This document shows positions 27,054 to 36,342 of a stretch of DNA of 64,000 bases, in pieces. Position 1 is the stretch's first letter, and every line of letters begins with the position of its first letter. The DNA comes from Acidimicrobium ferrooxidans (GTDB lineage Bacteria > Actinomycetota > Geothermincolia > Fen-727 > Anoxymicrobiaceae). The stretch is from the NCBI GenBank assembly GCA_020723485.1, contig DYIU01000002.1:25167-89166 (forward strand), written 5' to 3'. The position numbers were made by a program, and so were the translations under genes. The notes below the pieces were generated by a model that made no database searches, was not told where the DNA came from, and was given only the letters and a program-made list of their open reading frames with translations.

Positions 27054-28921
27054 AACGAGGGCTGAAGACGAAGCTGGACATGCTGCCCGCCGAGCCGGGC
27101 GTTTACGTCTTCCGCAACGCGGCAGGGGATGTCGTATACGTGGGCAAGGCAAAGGACCTCACCAACCGGGTCCGCTCCTACTTCCAGGCGCCCGCCGCAG
27201 GCGACTACAAGGGGATGGCGCTCCGCGAGGAGATAGCGGACCTCGAGGTAACGGTCTGCCAGACCGAGGTCGACGCGCTCATCCTCGAGGCCACCCTGAT
27301 AAAGAGGTACAAGCCCCGCTACAACATAATCCTTCGCGACGACAAGAGCTATCCTTACATCGCGGTCACGGTGTCCGACGAATACCCCAGGGTGTCGCTC
27401 ATGCGGGGCAAGCGGGTCCGCGGGGTCAAGTACTACGGGCCGTACGTCAACGCGAGGGCCGCGCGGAACACCATCGCCCTGCTGCACAAGGTGTTCCCGC
27501 TTAGGCACTGCGCCGGGCGCTTGCCGGGGCAGAAAGGCTCCACTCCGTGCCTGTATTTCGAGATGCACATGTGCCTCGGTCCCTGCCGAGGCAACGTGGA
27601 GGTCGATGAGTACCGCCGCCACATAAAACAGTTCTGCGACTTCCTGGAGGGGCGCTACTCGGAGGTCCTGAGCGAACTCGAGACCAGGATGCGCGCGGCC
27701 GCCCGCGAGCAGGAGTACGAGGAAGCGGCCCGGATCCGGAACCAGATCGACTCCGCGAAGAAGGTGCTCCGGCACCACAGGGCGCTCTCATCCTCCACGT
27801 CCGACTACGATGTAGTGGGCACCTGGAGCGACGACATGAGGGCGAGCTTCTCCGTCGCGCAGAACAGGGGCGGCTTTCACCTTGGAAACCTCTGTTTCTT
27901 CACCGACCTCTCCGACGAGCAGGCCGAGGACGCGATGGTTGCCGAGTTCCTGAAACGCTACTACGACCAGGCGGGCTCGATCCCAGAGCTGATACTGGTA
28001 CCGGCCATACCCGATGACGAGACGGCCGCCCTCTCGGAGTGGCTCTCGGTGCAGCGGGGCGCCCACGTGGAAATACGCGTCCCCAGGAAAGGCAGGAAGC
28101 GCCACGAGATGGCGCTGGCCGAGGCGAATGCCCGCGTGGCCCTTGAGGGCTCCAAGCTCGAGCGCGCCAGGGACAAGGGGAGGGTGGAGGCGGCGATGGC
28201 TGAGCTGGCCCGCGACCTGCACCTGGAGAACTACCCCCTCCGCATCGAGTGCTACGACATCTCTACGATGGGAGGGGCTGCGTCTGTCGGCTCGCTGGTC
28301 GTCTTCCAGGACGGGTATCCCGCGAGGCGTGACTACCGAAGGTTCTCGATAAAGTTCACGCCTGGTGTCGATGACGTTGGGATGATGCGCGAGGTGCTTC
28401 ACCGCAGGTTCAAGAGATATCTGAAGGAGGCCGAGAGGGCCGCCGCCGACCGCGAGGCCGCCCATGGCTGGGCAAAGAAGCCCGATCTGGTGCTCCTCGA
28501 CGGTGGGAAGGGCCAGCTGGGGGCGGCCAGGGACGTGCTCGGGGTCCTGGGTATCGACGGCGTTGAGATCGCGGCGCTGGCAAAGCGCCTCGAGGAGGTC
28601 TACAGGCCCGGCGAGCCCGAGCCCCTGAGCCTCCCGAGGGATTCCGAGGGGCTTTTCCTGCTCCAGAGGATGAGGGACGAGGCCCACAGGGTGGCGGTCT
28701 CCTACCACCGCTCGCTCATGGAGAAGGCCACCGCCGCCTCGTGGCTTGACCAGGTGGCAGGTGTCGGTCCCGGCAGGAAAAAAGCCCTCATCAGGCACTT
28801 CGGGTCCCCGAAGAAGATTATCGAGGCGTCCCTCGAGGAGATCTCCTCCGTGCCCGGGGTCCCGCCGGGAGTGGCCCGGGCCGTGTTCGAGGCCGCGCGC
28901 CTCGTGGAGACAGAGCGGTGA
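27050..28921 (+). CDS. uvrC: Excinuclease ABC subunit C
   Basis: GIY-YIG N-terminus ([19 protein letters not shown]...RYKPRYN), UVR domain ([13 protein letters not shown]), C-terminal HhH. Confidence 0.96.
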   Translation: MKRGLKTKLDMLPAEPGVYVFRNAAGDVVYVGKAKDLTNRVRSYFQAPAAGDYKGMALREEIADLEVTVCQTEVDALILEATLIKRYKPRYNIILRDDKSYPYIAVTVSDEYPRVSLMRGKRVRGVKYYGPYVNARAARNTIALLHKVFPLRHCAGRLPGQKGSTPCLYFEMHMCLGPCRGNVEVDEYRRHIKQFCDFLEGRYSEVLSELETRMRAAAREQEYEEAARIRNQIDSAKKVLRHHRALSSSTSDYDVVGTWSDDMRASFSVAQNRGGFHLGNLCFFTDLSDEQAEDAMVAEFLKRYYDQAGSIPELILVPAIPDDETAALSEWLSVQRGAHVEIRVPRKGRKRHEMALAEANARVALEGSKLERARDKGRVEAAMAELARDLHLENYPLRIECYDISTMGGAASVGSLVVFQDGYPARRDYRRFSIKFTPGVDDVGMMREVLHRRFKRYLKEAERAAADREAAHGWAKKPDLVLLDGGKGQLGAARDVLGVLGIDGVEIAALAKRLEEVYRPGEPEPLSLPRDSEGLFLLQRMRDEAHRVAVSYHRSLMEKATAASWLDQVAGVGPGRKKALIRHFGSPKKIIEASLEEISSVPGVPPGVARAVFEAARLVETER

Positions 28922-29036
28922 CGCCGCGGTTGCATGAAGGTTCTTTCGGCAGGTCAGAGGGCCGGGTGTTGAGAATAGTTAGATGAGATGTGATCTCTTC
29001 GGGAACGTGGGCCGGGCCACCGGCGGGCGGTGAGGA

Positions 29037-29903
29037 TTGGAGCGGCGCGTGGAAATAGTCATAGTCACGGGCATGTCGGGCGCCGGCAAGACCGCCGCGC
29101 TGAAGTGCTTCGAGGACTTCGGGTACTACGCAATCGACAACCTGCCCCCATCGCTCCTGAAGAACATCGTCGAGCTGGCCGACGTGGGCAGCCAGCGCAT
29201 GGAGCGGGTCGCCGTCGGCATGGACGTCCGCGGTGGCACCGATTTCGACGAGCTCTTCCAGGCGCTCGAGGGCCTCGAGTCCATCCCGTACACTATCGTC
29301 TTCCTGGACGCCTCCAACGAGGTCTTGCTGAAGAGGTTCTCCGAGACCAGGCGCCTGCACCCGCTCGAGAGCCGGGGGCTCAGGGTTGCGGACACCATAT
29401 CCCAGGAGCGCAGGGTCCTTCAGCCCCTGCGCGAGCGGGCCGACGTCGTCGTCGACACCTCGGGCATCAGCATCCGGGAGCTGCGGGAGAAGCTGAACGG
29501 GATAGTGCCGGACCTGGATGACTGCCGCGCCACGCGCCTTACGTTCGTGTCGTTCGGCTTCAAGTACGGGCACCCGCTCGACGCCGACATCGTCATGGAC
29601 GTGCGGTTTCTGCCGAATCCCTTCTGGGTCGAGGGTCTCCGCGACCTCGACGGGCACGACCAGGCGGTCATCGACTTCGTTATGTCGCAGCCGGAGACCG
29701 TGGACTTCCTGGCGAGGTTCGGTGAGATGCTCGACCTGATGATCCCGTGCTACCAGCGGGAGCGAAGGCCTCACCTGGAAGTCGCCATCGGATGTACTGG
29801 AGGCAGGCACAGGTCGGTGGTGATCGCCGAAGCTCTTGCCAGGCCGTTCTCCGACGCCGGCTTCGTCACCAGCGTGATACACCGAGACATCGACAAGAGA
29901 TGA
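29037..29903 (+). CDS. rapZ: RNase adapter / nucleotide-binding protein RapZ (YvcJ family)
   Basis: VTGMSGAGKT P-loop, FLDASNEVLLKRFSETRR, CTGGRHRSV. GTG 29049 (GGAG 6 nt upstream) is an equally good start. Confidence 0.92.
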   Translation: MERRVEIVIVTGMSGAGKTAALKCFEDFGYYAIDNLPPSLLKNIVELADVGSQRMERVAVGMDVRGGTDFDELFQALEGLESIPYTIVFLDASNEVLLKRFSETRRLHPLESRGLRVADTISQERRVLQPLRERADVVVDTSGISIRELREKLNGIVPDLDDCRATRLTFVSFGFKYGHPLDADIVMDVRFLPNPFWVEGLRDLDGHDQAVIDFVMSQPETVDFLARFGEMLDLMIPCYQRERRPHLEVAIGCTGGRHRSVVIAEALARPFSDAGFVTSVIHRDIDKR

Positions 29904-30844
29904 CAGGCGGCATCCACAAGATAAAAGACGAGCTCGGGCGCCACCAGGCGAGCCGCAGGTGCTGCCGGATGGCCGAGCTGTCCGCCCTGATGCACATGGA
30001 CGGCACGTACACCATCAGCGGCAGCAAGGGTCACTCCCTCGTCACCGAGAGCACCAGCCCCAGTACGGCCCGCAAGATATACACCCTCGTACACTCGCTG
30101 TTCGAAGTCCAGACTTCGGTGGTCAAGGTGAGCAGGAGCACTCCCAGGCGGGGAAACGTGTACCGCCTGGAGATGCCCGAGCAGCCGGGGTTCCAGCAGC
30201 TCCTCAACGAGCTGGGCCTTCTGGACGCGAGCCTGACACCCGTGCCTGCGATACCTTCGAGGCTCACCAGGAACGACTGCTGCGTGGCCGCGGCCCTGCG
30301 CGGGGCGTTTCTGGGCGGAGGGTACGTCAGCGAGCCGTACGGTCCCGCCGACCTGGAGATATCGTTCTCGTCCGAGGAATCATGCCTCGCTTTCAGGGAG
30401 CTGATGCGGCGGAAGTCACTCGAGCCGGGCATGCGCAGGCGCAGAAGCCAGTGGGTGCTCTACCTCAAGAAGAGGCAGGACGTCTCAGGGTTCCTCGCGA
30501 TAACCGGTGCCCACAGCGCCCACCTCGAATGGGAGAGCCAGACAATCCTCAACGCCACGAAGAACGAGGTGAACCGCCTGGTTAACTGCGATTCCGCCAA
30601 CGCGAAACGCCTTGCCGTCGCTGCCCTTCACCAGCGCGAGGTGGTGGAGAAACTCGGGGCCCTCGGCCTGCTGGCGGGGATCGACCATCGCCTCATGGAG
30701 GTCTGCGAGGCGCGCCTCCGGTATCCGCAGGCATCGCTGAGTGAACTGGGCAGGCTGCTGGACCCGCCGGTCTCCAAGGCGGTCGTCCAGGGAAGGATGC
30801 GCCGGCTCGAAGCGATGCTGCCCCCCCGGGAGAGACGTTCCTGA
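29900..30844 (+). CDS. whiA: Sporulation/cell-division transcription factor WhiA
   Basis: ATG 29900 overlaps the rapZ stop (ATGA). CCRMAELSALMHMDG, LAGLIDADG-like core, C-terminal HTH (LSELGRLLDPPVSKAVVQGRMRRL). Confidence 0.93.
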   Translation: MTGGIHKIKDELGRHQASRRCCRMAELSALMHMDGTYTISGSKGHSLVTESTSPSTARKIYTLVHSLFEVQTSVVKVSRSTPRRGNVYRLEMPEQPGFQQLLNELGLLDASLTPVPAIPSRLTRNDCCVAAALRGAFLGGGYVSEPYGPADLEISFSSEESCLAFRELMRRKSLEPGMRRRRSQWVLYLKKRQDVSGFLAITGAHSAHLEWESQTILNATKNEVNRLVNCDSANAKRLAVAALHQREVVEKLGALGLLAGIDHRLMEVCEARLRYPQASLSELGRLLDPPVSKAVVQGRMRRLEAMLPPRERRS

Positions 30845-30881
30845 TTACTCCCGGACGCTGGCAGGAGGCCGCTGCCACTAC

Positions 30882-30890
30882 TGGTATAAT
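30882..30890 (+). promoter_or_regulatory. Extended -10 element TGGTATAAT upstream of gap
   Basis: Perfect TATAAT with TG extension 54 nt upstream of the gap ATG. No good -35. Confidence 0.4.
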
Positions 30891-30943
30891 AATCGACATG
30901 TAGCACTGGAAACGGCAGATCCGGGTTGAGAGGGGTGTTCGTG

Positions 30944-31945
30944 ATGGCAGTCAGGGTAGGTATCAACGGGTTCGGCAGGATCGGCAGGCTCGTGACTCGT
31001 GCCGCGGTCGGCGACCCCGACATCGAGATAGTAGCGATAAACGACCTCGCCGACGCGTCGGTCCTTCGCCACCTGTTCCTGTACGATTCGGTTCACGGCA
31101 GGTACTGCGGCGAGGCGGAGCTCGGGCACGAGGGCGTCCTGGTCATCGACGGCAACGAGATCCGGGTGCTCTCAGAGCGGGACCCGGCCAAGCTGCCCTG
31201 GAAAGAGCTCAACATCGACGTGGCGGTCGAGTCGACCGGCCTCTTCACGATGCGTGACAAGGCCGCCCTGCACCTGGACGCGGGTGCGTCCAAGGTCATC
31301 ATAAGCGCCCCGGCTACCGACCCCGACATCACCATGGTGCTCGGCGTCAACGAGGACATGTACGACAGGGACAAGCACAACATAATCTCTAACGCGTCCT
31401 GCACCACCAACGGCCTTGTGCCGGTGGTCAAGGTGCTCATGGACAACTTCGGGTTTTCCCGGGGCTACATGACTACCATCCACGCGTACACAAACGACCA
31501 GGTCATCCTGGACGCCCCGCACAAGGACCTCCGCCGCGCCCGCGCCGCTGCGATGTCCATCATCCCCACGACCACCGGAGCCGCCAGGGCGACCGGCCTG
31601 GTCATACCCGAGCTGAAGGGCAAGATAGACGGCGTGGCCATGAGGGTCCCCACGTTCGACGCCTCGGTGATAGACCTCGTGGTAATCCTGGAGAAGGAAG
31701 CCAGCAAGGAGGATATCAACGCAGCTGTCGCCGCCGCGGCGGATAAGGGACGTTTCGAGGGCATACTGCAGTACACCGAGGACCCGATCGTCAGCATCGA
31801 CGTGGTGGGAAGCAGCTACTCCTCGGTCTTCGACGCCCAGTCGACCATGGTGATGGGCGACATGGCGAAGGTCATGTCCTGGTACGACAACGAGTGGGGG
31901 TACTCCAACAGGGTCGTCGACCTCATCAAGTTCGTGACCGCCTGA
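30944..31945 (+). CDS. gap: Type I glyceraldehyde-3-phosphate dehydrogenase
   Basis: MAVRVGINGFGRIGR, active site SNASCTTN, WYDNEWGYS. Confidence 0.97.
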   Translation: MAVRVGINGFGRIGRLVTRAAVGDPDIEIVAINDLADASVLRHLFLYDSVHGRYCGEAELGHEGVLVIDGNEIRVLSERDPAKLPWKELNIDVAVESTGLFTMRDKAALHLDAGASKVIISAPATDPDITMVLGVNEDMYDRDKHNIISNASCTTNGLVPVVKVLMDNFGFSRGYMTTIHAYTNDQVILDAPHKDLRRARAAAMSIIPTTTGAARATGLVIPELKGKIDGVAMRVPTFDASVIDLVVILEKEASKEDINAAVAAAADKGRFEGILQYTEDPIVSIDVVGSSYSSVFDAQSTMVMGDMAKVMSWYDNEWGYSNRVVDLIKFVTA

Positions 31946-31963
31946 GTGGGCGGGTGACCTGAG

Positions 31964-33154
31964 ATGATCAACCTGCCGAAAAAGAGCATCCGCGACGTCG
32001 ACGTTGCCGGAAAGCGGGTGCTCGTCCGGGTGGATTTCAACGTCCCGCTGGACATCGAGCGTAACGTCGTTGACGACACGAGGATCAGGGGCGCGCTCCC
32101 GACCATACAGTACCTGCTGGACCAGGGCGCCCGCCCCGTGCTGATGTCGCACCTTGGGAGGCCGAAGGGACAGGTCGTCGAGAGCCTCAGGATGGCCCCC
32201 GTCGGCAAGAGGCTCGCCGAACTCATCGACAGGCCCGTGCTCACGCTGAAGGAGTGCGTGGGGCCAAGGGTCAAAGAGGCCATCGAAAGCAACCCGGACA
32301 AGGTGATTCTGCTCGAGAACCTCAGGTTCTACCCGGGTGAGCGCGAGAACCTGGCCGATTTCTCAAGGCAGCTCGCCGAGCTGGCAGACATCTACGTCAA
32401 CGACGCTTTCGGCACAAGCCACCGCGCGCACGCTTCCACCGTTGGAGTGACGGCTTACATCCCTTCGGTGATGGGCCTGCTCATGGAGAAGGAGCTCGAG
32501 ACGCTCGGCACCCTGATAGAGGAGCCCGAGCGCCCGTTCGTGGTAGTGCTCGGCGGTAACAAGGTCTCCGACAAACTGGGTGTGATAGACAGCTTCCTCG
32601 AGATCGCCGACACGATACTCACAGGCGGCGGAATGTGCTTCACGCTCATCAAGAGCATGGGCCTCGAGATAGGCCACTCCGTCATCGAGGAGGACCAGAT
32701 ATCCCAGGTCGCCAACGCGATGAAGAAGGCCCGCAGGAAGAGCGTGCGGGTCATGGTTCCCCTGGACTTTGTGGTCGCCGACAGGTTCGACAAGAACGCC
32801 AACTTCAAGGTCGTGCCCACGGAGGCAATCCCGCCCGACTGGCTCGGCCTGGACATCGGGCCCGCGACGGTCGAGCGGTATTGCGCTGTGCTCAACGAGG
32901 CGAAAACCATATTCTGGAACGGTCCGATGGGGGTCTTCGAGTGGCCCGCATTCGAGAACGGGACGAAGAGCATCGCCGAGTGCATAGCTGACGCGAGCGC
33001 GACCACTGTAGTCGGAGGGGGCGACTCCGACGCCGCCCTCCGCCAGTTCGGGCTCGAGGACAGGATGGACTTCGTTTCGACCGGAGGCGGGGCCGCCATG
33101 AGGCTCCTGGAAGGCAAGAAACTGCCCGCCGTGGAAGCCCTCGCCGACCGATAG
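31964..33154 (+). CDS. pgk: Phosphoglycerate kinase
   Basis: RVDFNVP, SHLGRPKG, GGGDS motifs. 396 aa. Confidence 0.97.
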   Translation: MINLPKKSIRDVDVAGKRVLVRVDFNVPLDIERNVVDDTRIRGALPTIQYLLDQGARPVLMSHLGRPKGQVVESLRMAPVGKRLAELIDRPVLTLKECVGPRVKEAIESNPDKVILLENLRFYPGERENLADFSRQLAELADIYVNDAFGTSHRAHASTVGVTAYIPSVMGLLMEKELETLGTLIEEPERPFVVVLGGNKVSDKLGVIDSFLEIADTILTGGGMCFTLIKSMGLEIGHSVIEEDQISQVANAMKKARRKSVRVMVPLDFVVADRFDKNANFKVVPTEAIPPDWLGLDIGPATVERYCAVLNEAKTIFWNGPMGVFEWPAFENGTKSIAECIADASATTVVGGGDSDAALRQFGLEDRMDFVSTGGGAAMRLLEGKKLPAVEALADR

Positions 33155-33170
33155 ACGGGGAGGTCACCTC

Positions 33171-33929
33171 TTGAGAAAGCCGATAATCGCGGGAAACTGG
33201 AAGATGAACATGCTGCCGGGCGCCGCCGTCGACCTGGTCGAAGGACTCTGGGCCCAGATAGCGGGCTTCGACGCCGTGGAGGCAGTTGTGTGCCCCCCGT
33301 TCGTGGATATCCCCGCGGTCGGCAAGGCATTGAGGGACGGCTCGATGAGCCTGGGTCTCGGCGCGCAGAACATGCACTGGGAGGAATCCGGTGCTTTCAC
33401 CGGAGAGATATCACCATTGATGCTCCTGGACCTCGAAGTGACTCACGTCATAATCGGGCATTCGGAGCGACGCCAGCTGTTCGGCGAGACGGACCAGGGT
33501 GTGAACAGGAAGGTGAAGTCAGCGCTTGCTCACGGGCTGGTCCCGATAATGTGCTGCGGCGAAAGCCTGAAACAGCGTGAATCCGGCCAGACCGAGGACG
33601 TGGTCACGAACCAGGTGAAATGCGGGCTGTTCGAGCTAGAACCCGCCCAGGTGTCCGGCGTCGTGGTGGCTTATGAACCGATCTGGGCCATCGGGACCGG
33701 GAAGGCGGCCACCGCCGGGGACGCGGACGAGGTCTGCGGGATGGTACGCCGGACCGTGGCCGGGGCGTTCGGCGCCGACGTCGGCGAATCGCTTCGCGTG
33801 CAGTACGGTGGCAGTGTGACCCCCGACAACGTATCCGAGCTCATGTCAATGCCGAACATCGACGGCGCCCTCGTCGGGGGAGCGAGCCTGAAGCCCGATG
33901 TCTTCGCCCGAATCGTGAGGTTTACTTGA
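33171..33929 (+). CDS. tpiA: Triose-phosphate isomerase
   Basis: IIAGNWKMN, IIGHSERR, AYEPIWAIGTG. Confidence 0.96.
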   Translation: MRKPIIAGNWKMNMLPGAAVDLVEGLWAQIAGFDAVEAVVCPPFVDIPAVGKALRDGSMSLGLGAQNMHWEESGAFTGEISPLMLLDLEVTHVIIGHSERRQLFGETDQGVNRKVKSALAHGLVPIMCCGESLKQRESGQTEDVVTNQVKCGLFELEPAQVSGVVVAYEPIWAIGTGKAATAGDADEVCGMVRRTVAGAFGADVGESLRVQYGGSVTPDNVSELMSMPNIDGALVGGASLKPDVFARIVRFT

Positions 33930-35458
33930 CCGTTCCGCGCCCTTTTCTCCTGGCAATCCTCGACGGTTGGGGCTGCCGCGCCTCCGCGGAGGGCAACGCG
34001 ATCAGAGCGGCGCGCAAACCTTTCATCGATGGGCTGCTGGCTTCCTATCCTCATACTACACTGGGGGCGGCCGGCGAGGACGTCGGCCTTCCGCCCGGTC
34101 AGATGGGCAACAGCGAGGTCGGCCACCTCAACATCGGGGCCGGAAGGCTGGTGCTCCAGGAGTTCCAGAGGATAAACCACTCGATCGCGGATGGCTCTTT
34201 CTACTCAAACGAAGTGATCCTTAGCGCCATCAGGCACGCCGTGGACATGGGCTCGACGCTCCACCTGATGGGGCTCCTGTCGAGCGGTGGAGTCCACAGC
34301 CATATTGAGCACCTGTTCGCCATACTTGAGATGGCCAGGGAGGCGGGCCTCGAACGGGCCGTCACCCACGCCTTCCTCGATGGCCGGGACGTTCCGCCGA
34401 GAAGCGCGCTGGAGTGGGTCGACGAGCTCGGCAGGCGGACCGCCGACGGGGTCGGGGCAATACGTACCATCTCGGGCCGGTACTACGCCATGGACCGCGA
34501 CAACAGGTGGGAGCGCACCAGGCTTGCCTACGACGTAATCGTACACGCTAAGGGACCGGCGGCGGGGACCGCCCGCGACGCGGTGCTGCAGTCCTATGAC
34601 GAGGGAGTGGACGACGAGTTCCTGGTGCCCAGGGTGATAGGCGAACGTGTCCCGATGGGGGTCGAGGACTCGGTCATATTCTTCAACTTCAGGCCGGACA
34701 GGCCGCGCCAGCTGACGAGCGCCCTCATCAGCCGGGATTTCGACCGTTTTGACCGGGGCGAACCGGTGCTGCCCTTCCTTGTCACAATGACGGAGTACGA
34801 CGACAGCTTCGCCGTCCCGGTGGCCTTTCCGCCCCAGAAGGTAAAGAACGTCCTGGCCGATGTCCTGTCCGTAAACGGTCGCACCCAGCTCCATATCTCG
34901 GAGACCGAGAAGTACGCCCACGTGACCTACTTTTTCAACGGCGGGGTGGAGGACCCCAAGCCCGGGGAGGACAGGGTCCTCATTCCGTCACCGAGGGTGG
35001 CGACCTACGACCTCAAGCCCGAGATGAGCGCCCCGGAGGTCGCCGAGGAGACCGCGAGGCGCGTCAGAAGTGGCAGGTACGATTTCGTCGTGCTGAACTT
35101 CGCCAACGGGGACATGGTGGGGCACACCGGTTTCATCAATGCGGCAGTGAGGGCCGTTGAAGCGGTTGACACGGGCCTGCGAGTGGTGTTCGAGGCGCTG
35201 GGAGATGTCGGCGGCGAGGGCTTCGTGACCGCTGACCACGGGAACGCCGACGAGATGAGCGAGGACGGCTCCCCGTGCACGGCGCACTCGCTGTCGAGGG
35301 TCCCGTTCATAAACGCGACCTCCGGCGGAAGAGCCCTCCGGGAGGGTGGAACACTTGGGGACATCGCCCCGACCATCCTGGAGGTGATGGGCCTCGAGAA
35401 GCCCCCGGAGATGACAGGCAGGAGCCTGTTCTCCACGGTTGCAAATGAGGGCGCCTGA
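33926..35458 (+). CDS. gpmI: 2,3-bisphosphoglycerate-independent phosphoglycerate mutase
   Basis: LLAILDGWG, MGNSEVGHLNIGAGR, TADHGNA motifs. 510 aa. Confidence 0.95.
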   Translation: MTVPRPFLLAILDGWGCRASAEGNAIRAARKPFIDGLLASYPHTTLGAAGEDVGLPPGQMGNSEVGHLNIGAGRLVLQEFQRINHSIADGSFYSNEVILSAIRHAVDMGSTLHLMGLLSSGGVHSHIEHLFAILEMAREAGLERAVTHAFLDGRDVPPRSALEWVDELGRRTADGVGAIRTISGRYYAMDRDNRWERTRLAYDVIVHAKGPAAGTARDAVLQSYDEGVDDEFLVPRVIGERVPMGVEDSVIFFNFRPDRPRQLTSALISRDFDRFDRGEPVLPFLVTMTEYDDSFAVPVAFPPQKVKNVLADVLSVNGRTQLHISETEKYAHVTYFFNGGVEDPKPGEDRVLIPSPRVATYDLKPEMSAPEVAEETARRVRSGRYDFVVLNFANGDMVGHTGFINAAVRAVEAVDTGLRVVFEALGDVGGEGFVTADHGNADEMSEDGSPCTAHSLSRVPFINATSGGRALREGGTLGDIAPTILEVMGLEKPPEMTGRSLFSTVANEGA

Positions 35459-35476
35459 CCCTAGAATTGTTCTGCC

Positions 35477-35716
35477 ATGACAGTGATAACAATAATCGTG
35501 ATAGTCATACAGGTGATGGTCTCGCTGGGGCTGATAGTGTCGGTCCTGCTTCATGCCGGCAAAGGTGGGGGCCTGTCCAGCGTCCTCGGCGGCGCCAGCT
35601 CCGCCCTTGGCTCAGGCTCCTATATCGTGGAGAAGAACCTCGACCGGATAACCATCGTCCTGGGGTCCGTCTTTGCCGCCACAACCATAGCTCTCGTATA
35701 CCTCCTGAAACCCTGA
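35477..35716 (+). CDS. secG: Preprotein translocase subunit SecG
   Basis: 79 aa, two TM helices with a central GKGGGLSSVLGG motif. Conserved position after the glycolytic genes. Confidence 0.88.
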   Translation: MTVITIIVIVIQVMVSLGLIVSVLLHAGKGGGLSSVLGGASSALGSGSYIVEKNLDRITIVLGSVFAATTIALVYLLKP

Positions 35717-35746
35717 GAATCGGCGGTAAACGAGGGCCTTTTCAAG

Positions 35747-35776
35747 TTGCGCCCCCGAAGCGGCTTATGCTACACT
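35747..35776 (+). promoter_or_regulatory. Putative promoter of the rimP-nusA-infB operon (TTGCGC-N18-TACACT, TG-extended)
   Basis: TGCTACACT extended -10. Same -35 hexamer as the trp-leader promoter. Confidence 0.4.
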
Positions 35777-35804
35777 GATATCGCCAATTGAAAGCGCTCT
35801 AGAC

Positions 35805-35832
35805 GAGTGGGCAAAGTGCCCGCTTTTTGTTT
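35805..35832 (+). terminator. Terminator-like hairpin in the rimP-nusA leader (possible attenuator)
   Basis: GAGUGGGCA-AAG-UGCCCGCUU (9 bp including 2 GU) followed by UUUGUUU. It lies between the predicted promoter and the rimP GTG at 35863. Confidence 0.4.
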
Positions 35833-35862
35833 ACTTGGGCGGCTTTTTTCGGAGGAAAGACG

Positions 35863-36327
35863 GTGAACGGCGACCTCGGAGAGCGGGTCAGGGAAGTAAC
35901 GGCCGACCTCCTTCTCGGGCTCTCGCTGGAGCTGGTCGACGTCCAGGTGGCCCGAGAGAGGGGCCGCATGGTATTGAGGATAGCTGTGGACAAGGGTGGC
36001 GGAGTCACCCTTGATGATTGTGCGGAGGCAAGCGAGCTCATCGGCCACGTGCTGGAGAGGGAGGACGTGTTGCCGGGCCCGTACGTCCTGGAGGTTATGA
36101 GCCCCGGGCTGGACAGGCCGCTCAAGCGTCCGGAGGATTTCGGAAGGAGTCTCGGCAAGAGAGTGCTCGTCAAGCTGCGGCAGCCGTTCGAGGGCAGGAC
36201 CGCGTACAGCGGCATCCTCAGGAGCGCCGGGGAGGATTCAATAGCGCTCGACATGGGTGACGAGCTCATAGAGTTCAGGTACGAGAGCCTAGCCACGGCC
36301 AGGTTGGACCCGGAGCTGCCCTGGTAG
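35863..36327 (+). CDS. rimP: Ribosome maturation factor RimP
   Basis: GTG 35863 lies 6 nt after GGAGGA. LELVDVQV...LRIAVDKGGGVTLDDCAEASE...LEVMSPGLDRPL is typical RimP. Confidence 0.9.
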   Translation: MNGDLGERVREVTADLLLGLSLELVDVQVARERGRMVLRIAVDKGGGVTLDDCAEASELIGHVLEREDVLPGPYVLEVMSPGLDRPLKRPEDFGRSLGKRVLVKLRQPFEGRTAYSGILRSAGEDSIALDMGDELIEFRYESLATARLDPELPW

Positions 36328-36342
36328 TCGGCGGGCGGGGAT

